Source: Balanoglossus misakiensis
Lineage: Eukaryota > Animalia > Hemichordata
Direction of reading: 5' to 3'
Assembly (NCBI GenBank): GCA_040954595.2
Contig: CM082579.2
Coordinates: 15,228,550-15,292,549 of the forward strand
DNA: 64,000 bases
The notes beneath the pieces were generated by a model. That model saw only the letters and a program-made list of their open reading frames with translations, had not been told where the DNA came from and did no database searches. Positions 39,101-51,621 of the stretch are shown here, piece by piece; position 1 is the first letter of the stretch, and each line of letters opens with the position of its first letter. Made by a program: the position numbers and the translations under genes.

Positions 39101-42100
39101 GCGACACTGGCCACTAGCTCTGGCCTGGCTAATCAATGTTGACGCAAGGGTTGACCCCACCAAACACTCAAAATTGATGGGCACGACACTGGCCACTAGC
39201 TCTGGCGTGGCTAATCAAGGTTGATGCAAAGGTTGACCCCACCAAACACTCAAAATTGATGGGCGCGACACTGGCCCCTAGCTCTGGCCTGGCTAATCCA
39301 GGTTGACGCAAGGGTTAACCCCACCAAACACTCAAAATTAATGGGCGCGACACTGGCCACTAAGCTCTGGCCTGGCTAATCAATGTTGACGCAGGGGTTG
39401 ACCCCACCAAACACTCATAATTGATGGGCACGACACTGGCCACTAGCTCTGGCCTGGCTAATCAAGGTTGACGCAAGGGTTGACCCCACCAAACACTCAA
39501 AATTTATGGGCACGACACTGGCCACTAAGCTCTGGCCTGGTTAATCAATGTTGACGCAAAGGTTGACCCCACCAAACACTCAAAATTAATGGGCACGACA
39601 CTGGCCACTAAGCTCTGGCCTGGTTAATCAATGTTGACGCAAAGGTTGACCCCACCAAACACTCAAAATTAATGGGCACGACACTGGCCACTAAGCTCTG
39701 GCCTGGTTAATCAATGTTGACGCAAAGGTTGACCCCACCAAACACTCAAAATTAATGGGCACGACACTGGCCACTAGCTCTGCATGGCCTGGTTTATCAA
39801 TGTTGACGCAAAGGTTGACCCCACCAAACACTCAAAATTGATGGGCACGACACTGGCCACTAGCTCTGCATGGCCTGGTTAATCAATGTTGACGCAAAGG
39901 TTGACCCCACCAAACACTCAAAATTAATGGGCACGACACTGGCCACTAGCTCTGCATGGCCTGGTTAATCACTGTTGACGCAAAGGTTGACCCCACCAAA
40001 CACTCAAAATTAATGGGCACGACACTGGCCACTAGCTCTGCATGGCCTGGTTTATCAATGTTGACGCAAAGGTTGACCCCACCAAACACTCAAAATTGAT
40101 GGGCACGACACTGGCCACTAGCTCTGCATGGCCTGGTTAATCAATGTTGACGCAAAGGTTGACCCCACCAAACACTCAAAATTAATGGGCACGACACTGG
40201 CCACTAGCTCTGCATGGCCTGGTTTATCAATGTTGACGCAAAGGTTGACCCCACCAAACACTCAAAATTGATGGGCACGACACTGGCCACTAGCTCTGCA
40301 TGGCCTGGTTAATCAATGTTGACGCAAAGGTTGACCCCACCAAACACTCAAAATTAATGGGCACGACACTGGCCACTAAGCTCTGGCCTGGCTAATCCAG
40401 GTTGACGCAAGGGTTAACCCCACCAAACACTCAAAATTAATGGGCGCGACACTGGCCACTAAGCTCTGGCCTGGCTAATCAATGTTGACGCAGGGGTTGA
40501 CCCCACCAAACACTCATAATTGATGGGCACGACACTGGCCACTAGCTCTGGCCTGGCTAATCAAGGTTGACGCAAGGGTTGACCCCACCAAACACTCAAA
40601 ATTTATGGGCACGACACTGGCCACTAAGCTCTGGCCTGGTTAATCAATGTTGACGCAAAGGTTGACCCCACCAAACACTCAAAATTAATGGGCACGACAC
40701 TGGCCACTAGCTCTGCATGGCCTGGTTTATCAATGTTGACGCAAAGGTTCACCCCACCAAACACTCAAAATTGATGGGCACGACACTGGCCACTAGCTCT
40801 GCATGGCCTGGTTAATCAATGTTGACGCAAAGGTTGACCCCACCAAACACTCAAAATTAATGGGCACAACACTGGCCACTAGCTCTGCATGGCCTGGTTA
40901 ATCAATGTTGACGCAAAGGTTGACCCCACCAAACACTCAAAATTAATGGGCACGACACTGGCCACTAGCTCTGCATGGCCTGGTTAATCAATGTTGACGC
41001 AAAGGTTGACCCCACCAAACACTCAAAATTGATGGGCACGACACTGGCCACTAGCTCTGCATGGCCTGATTAATCAATGTTGACGCAAAGGTTGACCCCA
41101 CCAAACACTCATAATTGAAGGGCACGACACTGGCCACTAGCTCTGGCCTGGCTAATCAAGGTTGACGCAAGGGTTAACCCCACCAAACACTCAAAATTGA
41201 TGGGCGCGACACTCGCCACTAGCTCTGGCCTGGCTAATCAATGTTGACGCAAGGGTTGACCCCACCAAACACTCAAAATTGATGGGCGCGACACTGGCCA
41301 CTAGCTCTGGCCTGTCTAATCAATGTTGACGCAAGGGTTGACCCCACCAAACACTCAAAATTAATGGGCGCGACACTGGCCACTAGCTCTGGCCTGGCTA
41401 ATCAATGTTGACGCAAGGGTTGACCCCACCAAACACTCAAAATTGATGGGCACGACACTGGCCACTAGCTCTGGCCTGGCTAATCCAGGTTGACGCAAGG
41501 GTTAACCCCACCAAACACTCAAAATTAATGGGCGCGACACTGGTCCCTAGCTCTGGTCTGGCTAATCCAGGTTGACGCAAGGGTTAACCCCACCAAACAC
41601 TCAAAATTAATGGGCGCGACACTGGCCACTAAGCTCTGGCCTGGCTAATCAATGTTGACGCAGGGGTTGACCCCACCAAACACTCACAATTGATGGGCAC
41701 GACACTGGCCACTAGCTCTGGCGTGGCTAATCAAGGTTGACGCAAAGGTTGACCCCACCAAACACTCAAAATTGATGGGCGCGACACTGGTCCCTAGCTC
41801 TGGCCTGGCTAATCCAGGTTGACGCAAGGGTTAACCCCACCAAACACTCAAAATTAATGGGCGCGACACTGGCCACTAAGCTCTGGCCTGGCTAATCAAT
41901 GTTGACGCAGGGGTTGACCCCACCAAACACTCACAATTGATGGGCACGACACTGGCCACTAGCTCTGGCCTGGCTAATCAAGGTTGACGCAAGGGTTGAC
42001 CCCACCAAACACTCAAAATTTATGGGCACGACACTGGCCACTAAGCTCTGGCCTGGTTAATCAATGTTGACGCAAAGGTTGACCCCACCAAACACTCAAA

Positions 42101-45100
42101 ATTAATGGGCACGACACTGGCCACTAGCTCTGCATGGCCTGGTTTATCAATGTTGACGCAAGGGTTGACCCCACCAAACACTCAAAATTGATGGGCACGA
42201 CACTGGCCACTAGCTCTGGCCTGGCTAATCAATGTTGACGCAAGGGTTAACCCCACCAAACACTCAAAATTAATGGGCGCGACACTGGTCCCTAGCTCTG
42301 GTCTGGCTAATCCAGGTTGACGCAAGGGTTAACCCCACCAAACACTCAAAATTAATGGGCGCGACACTGGCCACTAAGCTCTGGCCTGGCTAATCAATGT
42401 TGACGCAGGGGTTGACCCCACCAAACACTCACAATTGATGGGCACGACACTGGCCACTAGCTCTGGCGTGGCTAATCAAGGTTGACGCAAAGGTTGACCC
42501 CACCAAACACTCAAAATTGATGGGCGCGACACTGGTCCCTAGCTCTGGCCTGGCTAATCCAGGTTGACGCAAGGGTTAACCCCACCAAACACTCAAAATT
42601 AATGGGCGCGACACTGGCCACTAAGCTCTGGCCTGGCTAATCAATGTTGACGCAGGGGTTGACCCCACCAAACACTCACAATTGATGGGCACGACACTGG
42701 CCACTAGCTCTGGCCTGGCTAATCAAGGTTGACGCAAGGGTTGACCCCACCAAACACTCAAAATTTATGGGCACGACACTGGCCACTAAGCTCTGGCCTG
42801 GTTAATCAATGTTGACGCAAAGGTTGACCCCACCAAACACTCAAAATTAATGGGCACGACACTGGCCACTAGCTCTGCATGGCCTGGTTTATCAATGTTG
42901 ACGCAAAGGTTGACCCCACCAAACACTCAAAATTGATGAGCACGACACTGGCCACTAGCTCTGCATGGCCTGGTTAATCAATGTTGACGCAAAGGTTGAC
43001 CCCACCAAACACTCAAAATTAATGGGCACGACACTGGCCACTAGCTCTGCATGGCCTGGTTAATCAATGTTGACGCAAAGGTTGACCCCACCAAACACTC
43101 AAAATTAATGGGCACGACACTGGCCACTAGCTCTGCATGGCCTGGTTTATCAATGTTGACGCAAAGGTTGACCCCACCAAACACTCAAAATTGATGGGCA
43201 CGACACTGGCCACTAGCTCTGCATGGCCTGGTTAATCAATGTTGACGCAAAGGTTGACCCCACCAAACACTCAAAATTAATGGGCACGACACTGGCCACT
43301 AGCTCTGCATGGCCTGGTTAATCAATGTTGACGCAAAGGTTGACCCCACCAAACACTCAAAATTGATGGGCACGACACTGGCCACTAGCTCTGCATGGCC
43401 TGATTAATCAATGTTGACGCAAAGGTTGACCCCACCAAACACTCATAATTGAAGGGCACGACACTGGCCACTAGCTCTGGCCTGGCTAATCAAGGTTGAC
43501 GCAAGGGTTAACCCCACCAAACACTCAAAATTGATGGGCGCGACACTCGCCACTAGCTCTGGCCTGGCTAATCAATGTTGACGCAAGGGTTGACCCCACC
43601 AAACACTCAAAATTGATGGGCGCGACACTGGCCACTAGCTCTGGCCTGTCTAATCAATGTTGACGCAAGGGTTGACCCCACCAAACACTCAAAATTAATG
43701 GGCGCGACACTGGCCACTAGCTCTGGCCTGGCTAATCAATGTTGACGCAAGGGTTGACCCCACCAAACACTCAAAATTGATGGGCACGACACTGGCCACT
43801 AGCTCTGGCCTGGCTAATCCAGGTTGACGCAAGGGTTAACCCCACCAAACACTCAAAATTAATGGGCGCGACACTGGTCCCTAGCTCTGGTCTGGCTAAT
43901 CCAGGTTGACGCAAGGGTTAACCCCACCAAACACTCAAAATTAATGGGCGCGACACTGGCCACTAAGCTCTGGCCTGGCTAATCAATGTTGACGCAGGGG
44001 TTGACCCCACCAAACACTCACAATTGATGGGCACGACACTGGCCACTAGCTCTGGCGTGGCTAATCAAGGTTGACGCAAAGGTTGACCCCACCAAACACT
44101 CAAAATTGATGGGCGCGACACTGGTCCCTAGCTCTGGCCTGGCTAATCCAGGTTGACGCAAGGGTTAACCCCACCAAACACTCAAAATTAATGGGCGCGA
44201 CACTGGCCACTAAGCTCTGGCCTGGCTAATCAATGTTGACGCAGGGGTTGACCCCACCAAACACTCACAATTGATGGGCACGACACTGGCCACTAGCTCT
44301 GGCCTGGCTAATCAAGGTTGACGCAAGGGTTGACCCCACCAAACACTCAAAATTTATGGGCACGACACTGGCCACTAAGCTCTGGCCTGGTTAATCAATG
44401 TTGACGCAAAGGTTGACCCCACCAAACACTCAAAATTAATGGGCACGACACTGGCCACTAGCTCTGCATGGCCTGGTTTATCAATGTTGACGCAAAGGTT
44501 GACCCCACCAAACACTCAAAATTGATGAGCACGACACTGGCCACTAGCTCTGCATGGCCTGGTTAATCAATGTTGACGCAAAGGTTGACCCCACCAAACA
44601 CTCAAAATTAATGGGCACGACACTGGCCACTAGCTCTGCATGGCCTGGTTAATCAATGTTGACGCAAAGGTTGACCCCACCAAACACTCAAAATTAATGG
44701 GCACGACACTGGCCACTAGCTCTGCATGGCCTGGTTTATCAATGTTGACGCAAAGGTTGACCCCACCAAACACTCAAAATTGATGGGCACGACACTGGCC
44801 ACTAGCTCTGCATGGCCTGGTTAATCAATGTTGACGCAAAGGTTGACCCCACCAAACACTCAAAATTAATGGGCACGACACTGGCCACTAGCTCTGCATG
44901 GCCTGGTTTATCAATGTTGACGCAAAGGTTGACCCCACCAAACACTCAAAATTGATGGGCACGACACTGGCCACTAGCTCTGCATGGCCTGGTTAATCAA
45001 TGTTGACGCAAAGGTTGACCCCACCAAACACTCAAAATTAATGGGCACGACACTGGCCACTAAGCTCTGGCCTGGCTAATCCAGGTTGACGCAAGGGTTA

Positions 45101-45730
45101 ACCCCACCAAACACTCAAAATTAATGGGCGCGACACTGGCCACTAAGCTCTGGCCTGGCTAATCAATGTTGACGCAGGGGTTGACCCCACCAAACACTCA
45201 TAATTGATGGGCACGACACTAGCCACTAGCTGTGGCCTGGCTAATCAAGGTTGACGCAAGGGTTGACCCCACCAAACACTCAAAATTTATGGGCACGACA
45301 CTGGCCACTAAGCTCTGGCCTGGTTAATCAATGTTGACGCAAAGGTTGACCCCACCAAACACTCAAAATTAATGGGCACGACACTGGCCACTAGCTCTGC
45401 ATGGCCTGGTTTATCAATGTTGACGCAAAGGTTGACCCCACCAAACACTCAAAATTGATGGGCACGACACTGGCCACTAGCTCTGCATGGCCTGGTTAAT
45501 CAATGTTGACGTAAAGGTTGACCCCACCAAACACTCATAATTGATGGGCACGACACTGGCCACTAGCTCTGGCCTGGCTAATCAAGGTTGACGCAAGGGT
45601 TGACCCCACCAAACACTCAAAATTTATGGGCACGACACTGGCCACTAAGCTCTGGCCTGGTTAATCAATGTTGACGCAAAGGTTGACCCCACCAAACACT
45701 CAAAATTGATGGGCACGACACTGGCCACTA
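36131..45730. repeat. Satellite array, ~113 units of 86 bp (82- and 83-bp variants)
   Basis: Consensus TAGCTCTGCATGGCCTGGTTAATCAATGTTGACGCAAAGGTTGACCCCACCAAACACTCAAAATTGATGGGCACGACACTGGCCAC. Unit starts at 36131, 36217 and 36303. No unique spacers. Unit count estimated from array length. Confidence 0.98.
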
Positions 45731-46599
45731 CATGTATTTGTGATATTTTACATGGTTAACCACGCCTTGAGAAAAGTAATTATAAGAGAACTTTGTTTCC
45801 AAAGTTAGGGGAGAATAATCTAACGGGAGATAGGAGTACCTCAGGCTACTGAGCTCGTTCCCTTCCTCATGTACTTTACTGGGCGTATTTGATGTACTAT
45901 AATAATTCCGGACAATAAATGAACGTAAATCAGATACGTTTCTCCGTGGATCACGGTTCTCGTCAGAGCCCGTTACCTCATCGCTACAGATTCCCCGATG
46001 CATGAACAATCATGAGAAACCAGCGGTAATACAAGTGTCACGATTGAGTTTTAACGATCATAGATCTTGTTTATGATTACGTAAAAAGTCATTCACTTAT
46101 ATGGTTTTAGTCCAGTATTGACATTGGTACTTGACCCAGAGTAAACAAGATTGTGTAATTGATACATGTCAGAATGAGATAGAGATATCACGCGCTAAGT
46201 TCATGTTTAAGAAATATCAAGATGACGTGTTTCTTTTATGACTTAATACTTGACTAACGTATTAATAAGGTGTGGTGAAATTTGAGATCACACATTTATC
46301 ACCGGAGATCCGTGATGGGAGTCAACGAGCATGGATCGAGTCGTGTAATTCTTACGTGTGACCAGTAATAAACCAGAACTTTGTGTTACTCGGAAAACTT
46401 CTTGCAAGTCTCTGTCTACAAAAGGTTTACGATCTGCCGGGTACCTCTCTCGGACTTTATGAATATGTTGGGTGGAGAAGGAGATGGAGAGAATGTACGC
46501 CGTCAGCTTTCGGACGTGGCTGATTCCCCACAGAAGCCTATGAGGTAAACGTCCGGAGGACGACCGGCCGTAACAACAAACTGCATGAATTAAAGTTCA

Positions 46600-46910
46600 A
46601 CAATCCTTAGAAGACAGGAACGTCAGAGGTTGAATCTTGATGGGAAAAGGCGAGGTATCGATGGTTATCATCGGCGTACTGATGAAATTGTAGGATGTGG
46701 GGACGAATCGGTTTACTATAAAGTGGGGCTATATAAATGGTGAACAACAGAGGGGCAGTGGCACCCCGTATACGAGAGGTGACTGTGAACTTGCAGTGTT
46801 TTCGATGATTACAGTTTGATATCTATATTGAAGGTAAGATGTAAACCATGTTAGTACTGTGTCTGAGATGCCAAGGTTCGATAGTCTACAAAGAAGTATC
46901 CTGTGATGCA
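46600..46910 (-). mobile_element. Degenerate LINE (CR1/L2-type) reverse-transcriptase fragment
   Basis: HRILLCRLSNLGISDTVLTWFTSYLQYRYQTVII...YGVP, then after frameshifts PLLFTIY and FHQYADD. Confidence 0.8.
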
Positions 46911-48655
46911 AATGTACAACTGAAGAAAAAAGGAATCACAAATCTTAAAACTAAGATGCCGTTAAGAATTAAATTTCGCGAAAAGGAAGTGACGAAATAC
47001 GTACATTTTCAGGTGCTCTACAACAAGTAGTCTCCCTATCATCCCTATTGGAGCATGCAGCTAAAATTTACCATGACGTCATTGATTCTACGCGAACGTT
47101 TTTCTAATGGCGATAAACATATTTTGTATAAATTGTGCTCAAACGCCCGTGAATCTCACTCGCAAAAATTCACAAGTGGCGCATACAACACTAGGAAGAA
47201 AATTGTTTAGCAGTCTATAGAGTTTGTGACCTGAGATTTGGAAGTAAAAGTTAAACTTAAAAGTTGAGACAGAAGTGATTGAAGAGTAAAGAAACTTTTG
47301 AAGTGTTAAGAAAGTTATCGCATTCCTGATGAAAAGAAAAGAAAATACAATGCATTCATTGTTTTAAGGAACACAAGGAAGACAAGTACTATGCAATCAG
47401 AGTATGCATGGATCATTCATCTAAAAATATATCTCCGCGTCTTTTGGCGGGTAAAAATAAAATGCTGGAACGGTCTTTTGGATGGCGGACTATTTGTGTC
47501 CTTCTTGTCCTCAGAACGCAAGTGGTCGAGTAGGTTTATTTCATTAAATTCTTATATTCTCAGTTGCTACCATAAATACCCAGTGTTCGTGTCGATGTAT
47601 CTGGACGTCAGCACGATTCCATATATGTACCTCTCAGTATTAGCCAAGCGAGTTATCCCCATCGATAGAGTTTAATTCCCCGTTACATTCCCAACACCAA
47701 TCCTCCCGCGTGACATTGAGGTTGAAGGTATACAAGCCTTAGGAATCATGCAACCATCCAGAAAGTGTAATAAATTTTGAAGCTATGATGTGAGTTTTCA
47801 GTTCGTTTCTTCTTTTGATTTGTTGATGTAACATTGTGCGTTTTAAATAAAAGATAAAAAAATGTACAGCAATGACGTCACAAAATTCACTGGTATTGAT
47901 AAAGCTATATTATAACCTATATTATATGTGTTAAATACTACCGTATCTCATTATTGCAGTATTTCGTGCTTTAACACAAAATACGCGAATGGGGTTTAAT
48001 ACAAAACTAAATGACACAATTTCTGTTTCTTTGCCAAAATTCTTAATCACAAGATCAACCCATCCTTACGCCTCTACTCTATTGCTAAGAGAAACCAGCG
48101 TCCGTAACATGCATTGTGAAACCCCTCAACAACATGCATGTCAACACTTCATTTTTTCTCCAGCATTGTCAGTTTGGTACCCTGACAACTCACGGGGCAT
48201 CATGGGACAATATTAAAGCTGATTCAGTGTTTATGTGCATAAAACACACGGCGGTGGAAACATTCGTTTTAAATTATTGTGGACGCGCGCACGCCCTTGT
48301 CTGTGTACAGGTACTTGATGCTTGTCTACAGTCACGTGAAACGCTGTTGGTAGTACCCTAGAAGATAGATATCTTTAATCAGAACTTTGGTAAGGAAGGT
48401 TTGAGAAGTCCATTCTATGTAAAGAAAGTTTAAGAAGTGTGTTACCAAAGGGTGTGGGGGTGGCTGGGGGTCATCAATATATCACTCTGCATCACGTTCA
48501 CAGAAAAGGTCGCGACACGCCCACAAATTCACTCACGACTTGCGTCACCGGTTACAGGAGTTCGTACAAAAGTGTGGTTTATGCACATTTACACTGAATC
48601 AGTTTTTTTGGCCCATGATGCCCATGGGCCAATACATGCCACAATGCCTCCAGAA

Positions 48656-48895
48656 TGATGATGGCAATGATGGTGATGATGATGATTGTGGTGGTGGTGG
48701 TGGTGGTGATTGAGCTTTAATTTCCCTTTCTTCCTGTCTAACCACTTCCTCTCTCACCTTCACTTATTCGGTCTCTCCCCTCCCCTTCTGTCAAAGTCCT
48801 CACCTCATTCCCTTTCCATCCTGACATTCTCATTTCCGCCCTCTTGCTTTTCTTCTCCTTTCTCACATTCCTTTTCTCACCTCTCTCCCCCCCTC
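48656..48895. repeat. (GAT/GGT)n microsatellite followed by a CT-rich low-complexity tract
   Basis: Direct reading. Confidence 0.8.
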
Positions 48896-49532
48896 CGTAA
48901 CATGTTATGTAATATATAAAGTAAAAAAGTCCAAAGCATGATGTTATCACAGATGACATTTGGAATGTATTATTGTACTATCTGGTTTAATTTCAAACAT
49001 AGTGGAGTTATTTATTGGCCAGTATTTAAGCATGTTTAAAGAAGTCAAACAGCATAATAGGCACATTTCATATCAAACAAAATTGACCAAATAAGCTCAA
49101 AAGAGGATTTGAACAATTTGTCCCTTTAAGTAATGTTCAATATTGGATTTACACTTGTGAGTGTATGTCATCTCCCTTTTGTTAGAAACCTCACAGTCAT
49201 ATAATAAACAGGTGACCTGACAATCATTTGAAATACCAAACTTCGGCAGCTATTCCAGTTTGGTCCAAAAACCTAATTTTAACTGGCACCTCAACTTTAG
49301 GACTATTATGGATGTTGCTGAAACTTGAAGTGGGCTGCTTGTGAAGAGGAAGACGTGGAGTGTCTCTCAGACAACGCTGCGCTCAGTCAGAGATAAAGTC
49401 AAAATATGGATTTGACTTGCAACAGTAATTTGTTAGTTAAGTCAAATTCAACTTAAATCTGTCTCTTTGGGTCAGTCTTAACGGGTGTAGCATGCTGGAA
49501 GGGTGTGCTTACCCATTTCCGACACCTAGTAC

Positions 49533-49982
49533 CACAGGGGGCTGCAAACATGAAAGTTATAAATGGCGAAGTACGTTCCATTCTGCGTTTTCCCAACCTG
49601 TCTTATCATTTGCTAATCCAGAATAAAAGCTATCCATTTCCCATTAATCACCTGCTAACGACTTAATCTGTGTGCCCCATCCACGGATTAAGTTAATAAA
49701 GTAAACATCGGTCAGCGAGTACTGGGTATTCTCTTACCAAGTGAGAACTGACCGATGTTTACTTAATCCACTAAATCCGTGGATGGGGCACACAGATTAA
49801 GTCGTTAGCAGGTGCTTAATGGGAAATGCAATAGTTTGTATTCTGGATTAGCAACTGCTAAGACAGGTGGAGGTAACACAGAAAAATAAACAAGCACAAA
49901 GACTGTTCATCAATTAATGTTTATTGGGGGAAAATGCAGGAACTCCGCCATTCATAACTTTCATGTTTGCAGCCCCCCTGTG
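49533..49982. mobile_element. Hairpin MITE (450 bp, almost fully palindromic)
   Basis: Termini CACAGGGGGCTGCAAACATGAAAGTTAT / ATAACTTTCATGTTTGCAGCCCCCCTGTG. Inner perfect stem CACCTGCTAACGACTTAATCTGTGTGCCCCATCCACGGATT with its reverse complement. Confidence 0.85.
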
Positions 49983-51621
49983 CGAGTACTACCACTTAGC
50001 AGTGGTTCAAGATGATCCTGTTGAAATTGTAAGTTTTTCTCTTATTTCTTTTTTGAACCTGGACCTGGTAATTAGCTTAGCCTGAGTAATATTGATTATT
50101 GGACCTGGTTTGATGTCTTATTATAACAACTACAGAAGAATCTCTGGACACAGTGAAATACAATCCAGGGTTATGGTAATGACTGACAAATTGTCAGTTT
50201 AAAAAAGTAGACAAAGAACTCAGTTAAATATTATAATAAAAATATGCTTTTAATATAAGGAAAAGGTACAATTGATATACTTGTAATTAAAACATAAATA
50301 TAATGATGAAATTCTTCAACTGTTCTGTAGTTGCACCAGTATTTGTATAAGCTAAAAATGTTGACTTCTGGCAGGACAACTCAAACAGATATTAAACTTA
50401 TTTATAGTACTTCCACTTCATGACTTTGTTCAAAAATTTCCCAAACTTATTTCATTGTTGATGAGTTGTCACCTCCGAACAACACAAAAAGGAACAGTTT
50501 GTATAAAAAAGTAATTTTGCATGAATCTTAAACATACATGCACAAGTTGAGTGAATAACACAATATAATCATATTCTACAATGAATTACAATATCAAGAT
50601 TAAGGGTTTCACATATGACATTACATTGCTACATTTTATATACATGAATTTAATTTGAAAAATTTCCATTGATCTATAACACCATGAATAATATAAAAAT
50701 ATGCGAATAAATACTTTGAATTATTATATATACATGTCAGGTCTCAAAGTGAGTAACTATATTTCCATTCACCTATGAACTGGTTATTAACCAAATGAAA
50801 TGATAGGATCTTTTATTTTGAGGATCTTATAATTGTGATCATACACATCCATATTCCAAAATTCGCATGCCAAACAAATATCAGATTTATACGGCCAGTT
50901 GTAAAGACAGTACAAGGGGCAAAAAAATTGATAATAGTTAATCATCATCTCCCTTCTTTTACAGTCTTGGAGAATGGTGACGGTTGAAGTCAAATTAAAG
51001 AAAAATATCAAGAAAAATATCAAAATTTGAAGCACTAATTCAGGAGGATATATATCATCGGGAGGTAGTCACTGAATATATTGAGAGAAATAATTCATAA
51101 TCTATGCATTTGGATGAAAAGACCTTCTATCTGATCAAGTTAAGGATAAATGCTGCCTTGTATGAATACAGAAGCAAGTCAGCATGCAAAGGGAGAGCTG
51201 AATTGGTACACTGTTAAATTTGTCCTCCAAATTCAACAAAAATATGTTGTTGTTTAGGAATTCTCGTATTATCATATCTTTTTCATTACACAATACCTTA
51301 TAATAAGTCATAACAAATTTTTAAGGAAAATTCTTTAAAATATGTAAAATATATAGCCTTATAACCAACATACTTTAAAGATGATTATTTATGATCATTT
51401 CATTCAGATGTTGCTAAGAGTGTAATAATAAAGATCTGTTTCACTCCAACCAATTTAATGTGCGCTTATCACAGTACTGTCGTCTGACAAAGCATAACTA
51501 TTATTGTTATCATTTATGGGATTATACCAAGCTTATCACAGTACTGTGTCAACTCACAAAATGAAAACCATTCTAGTTATCATTTGAATTATACCATACA
51601 TGTACACACAGAGATGGCACA

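Noticed and set aside
36131-45730. CRISPR array or ribozyme-bearing satellite
   Set aside because: Units are contiguous with no unique spacers and there are no cas genes. I found no hammerhead (CUGANGA/GAAA) or HDV-like core on either strand. Unit lengths are not multiples of 3 and there are no ORFs.
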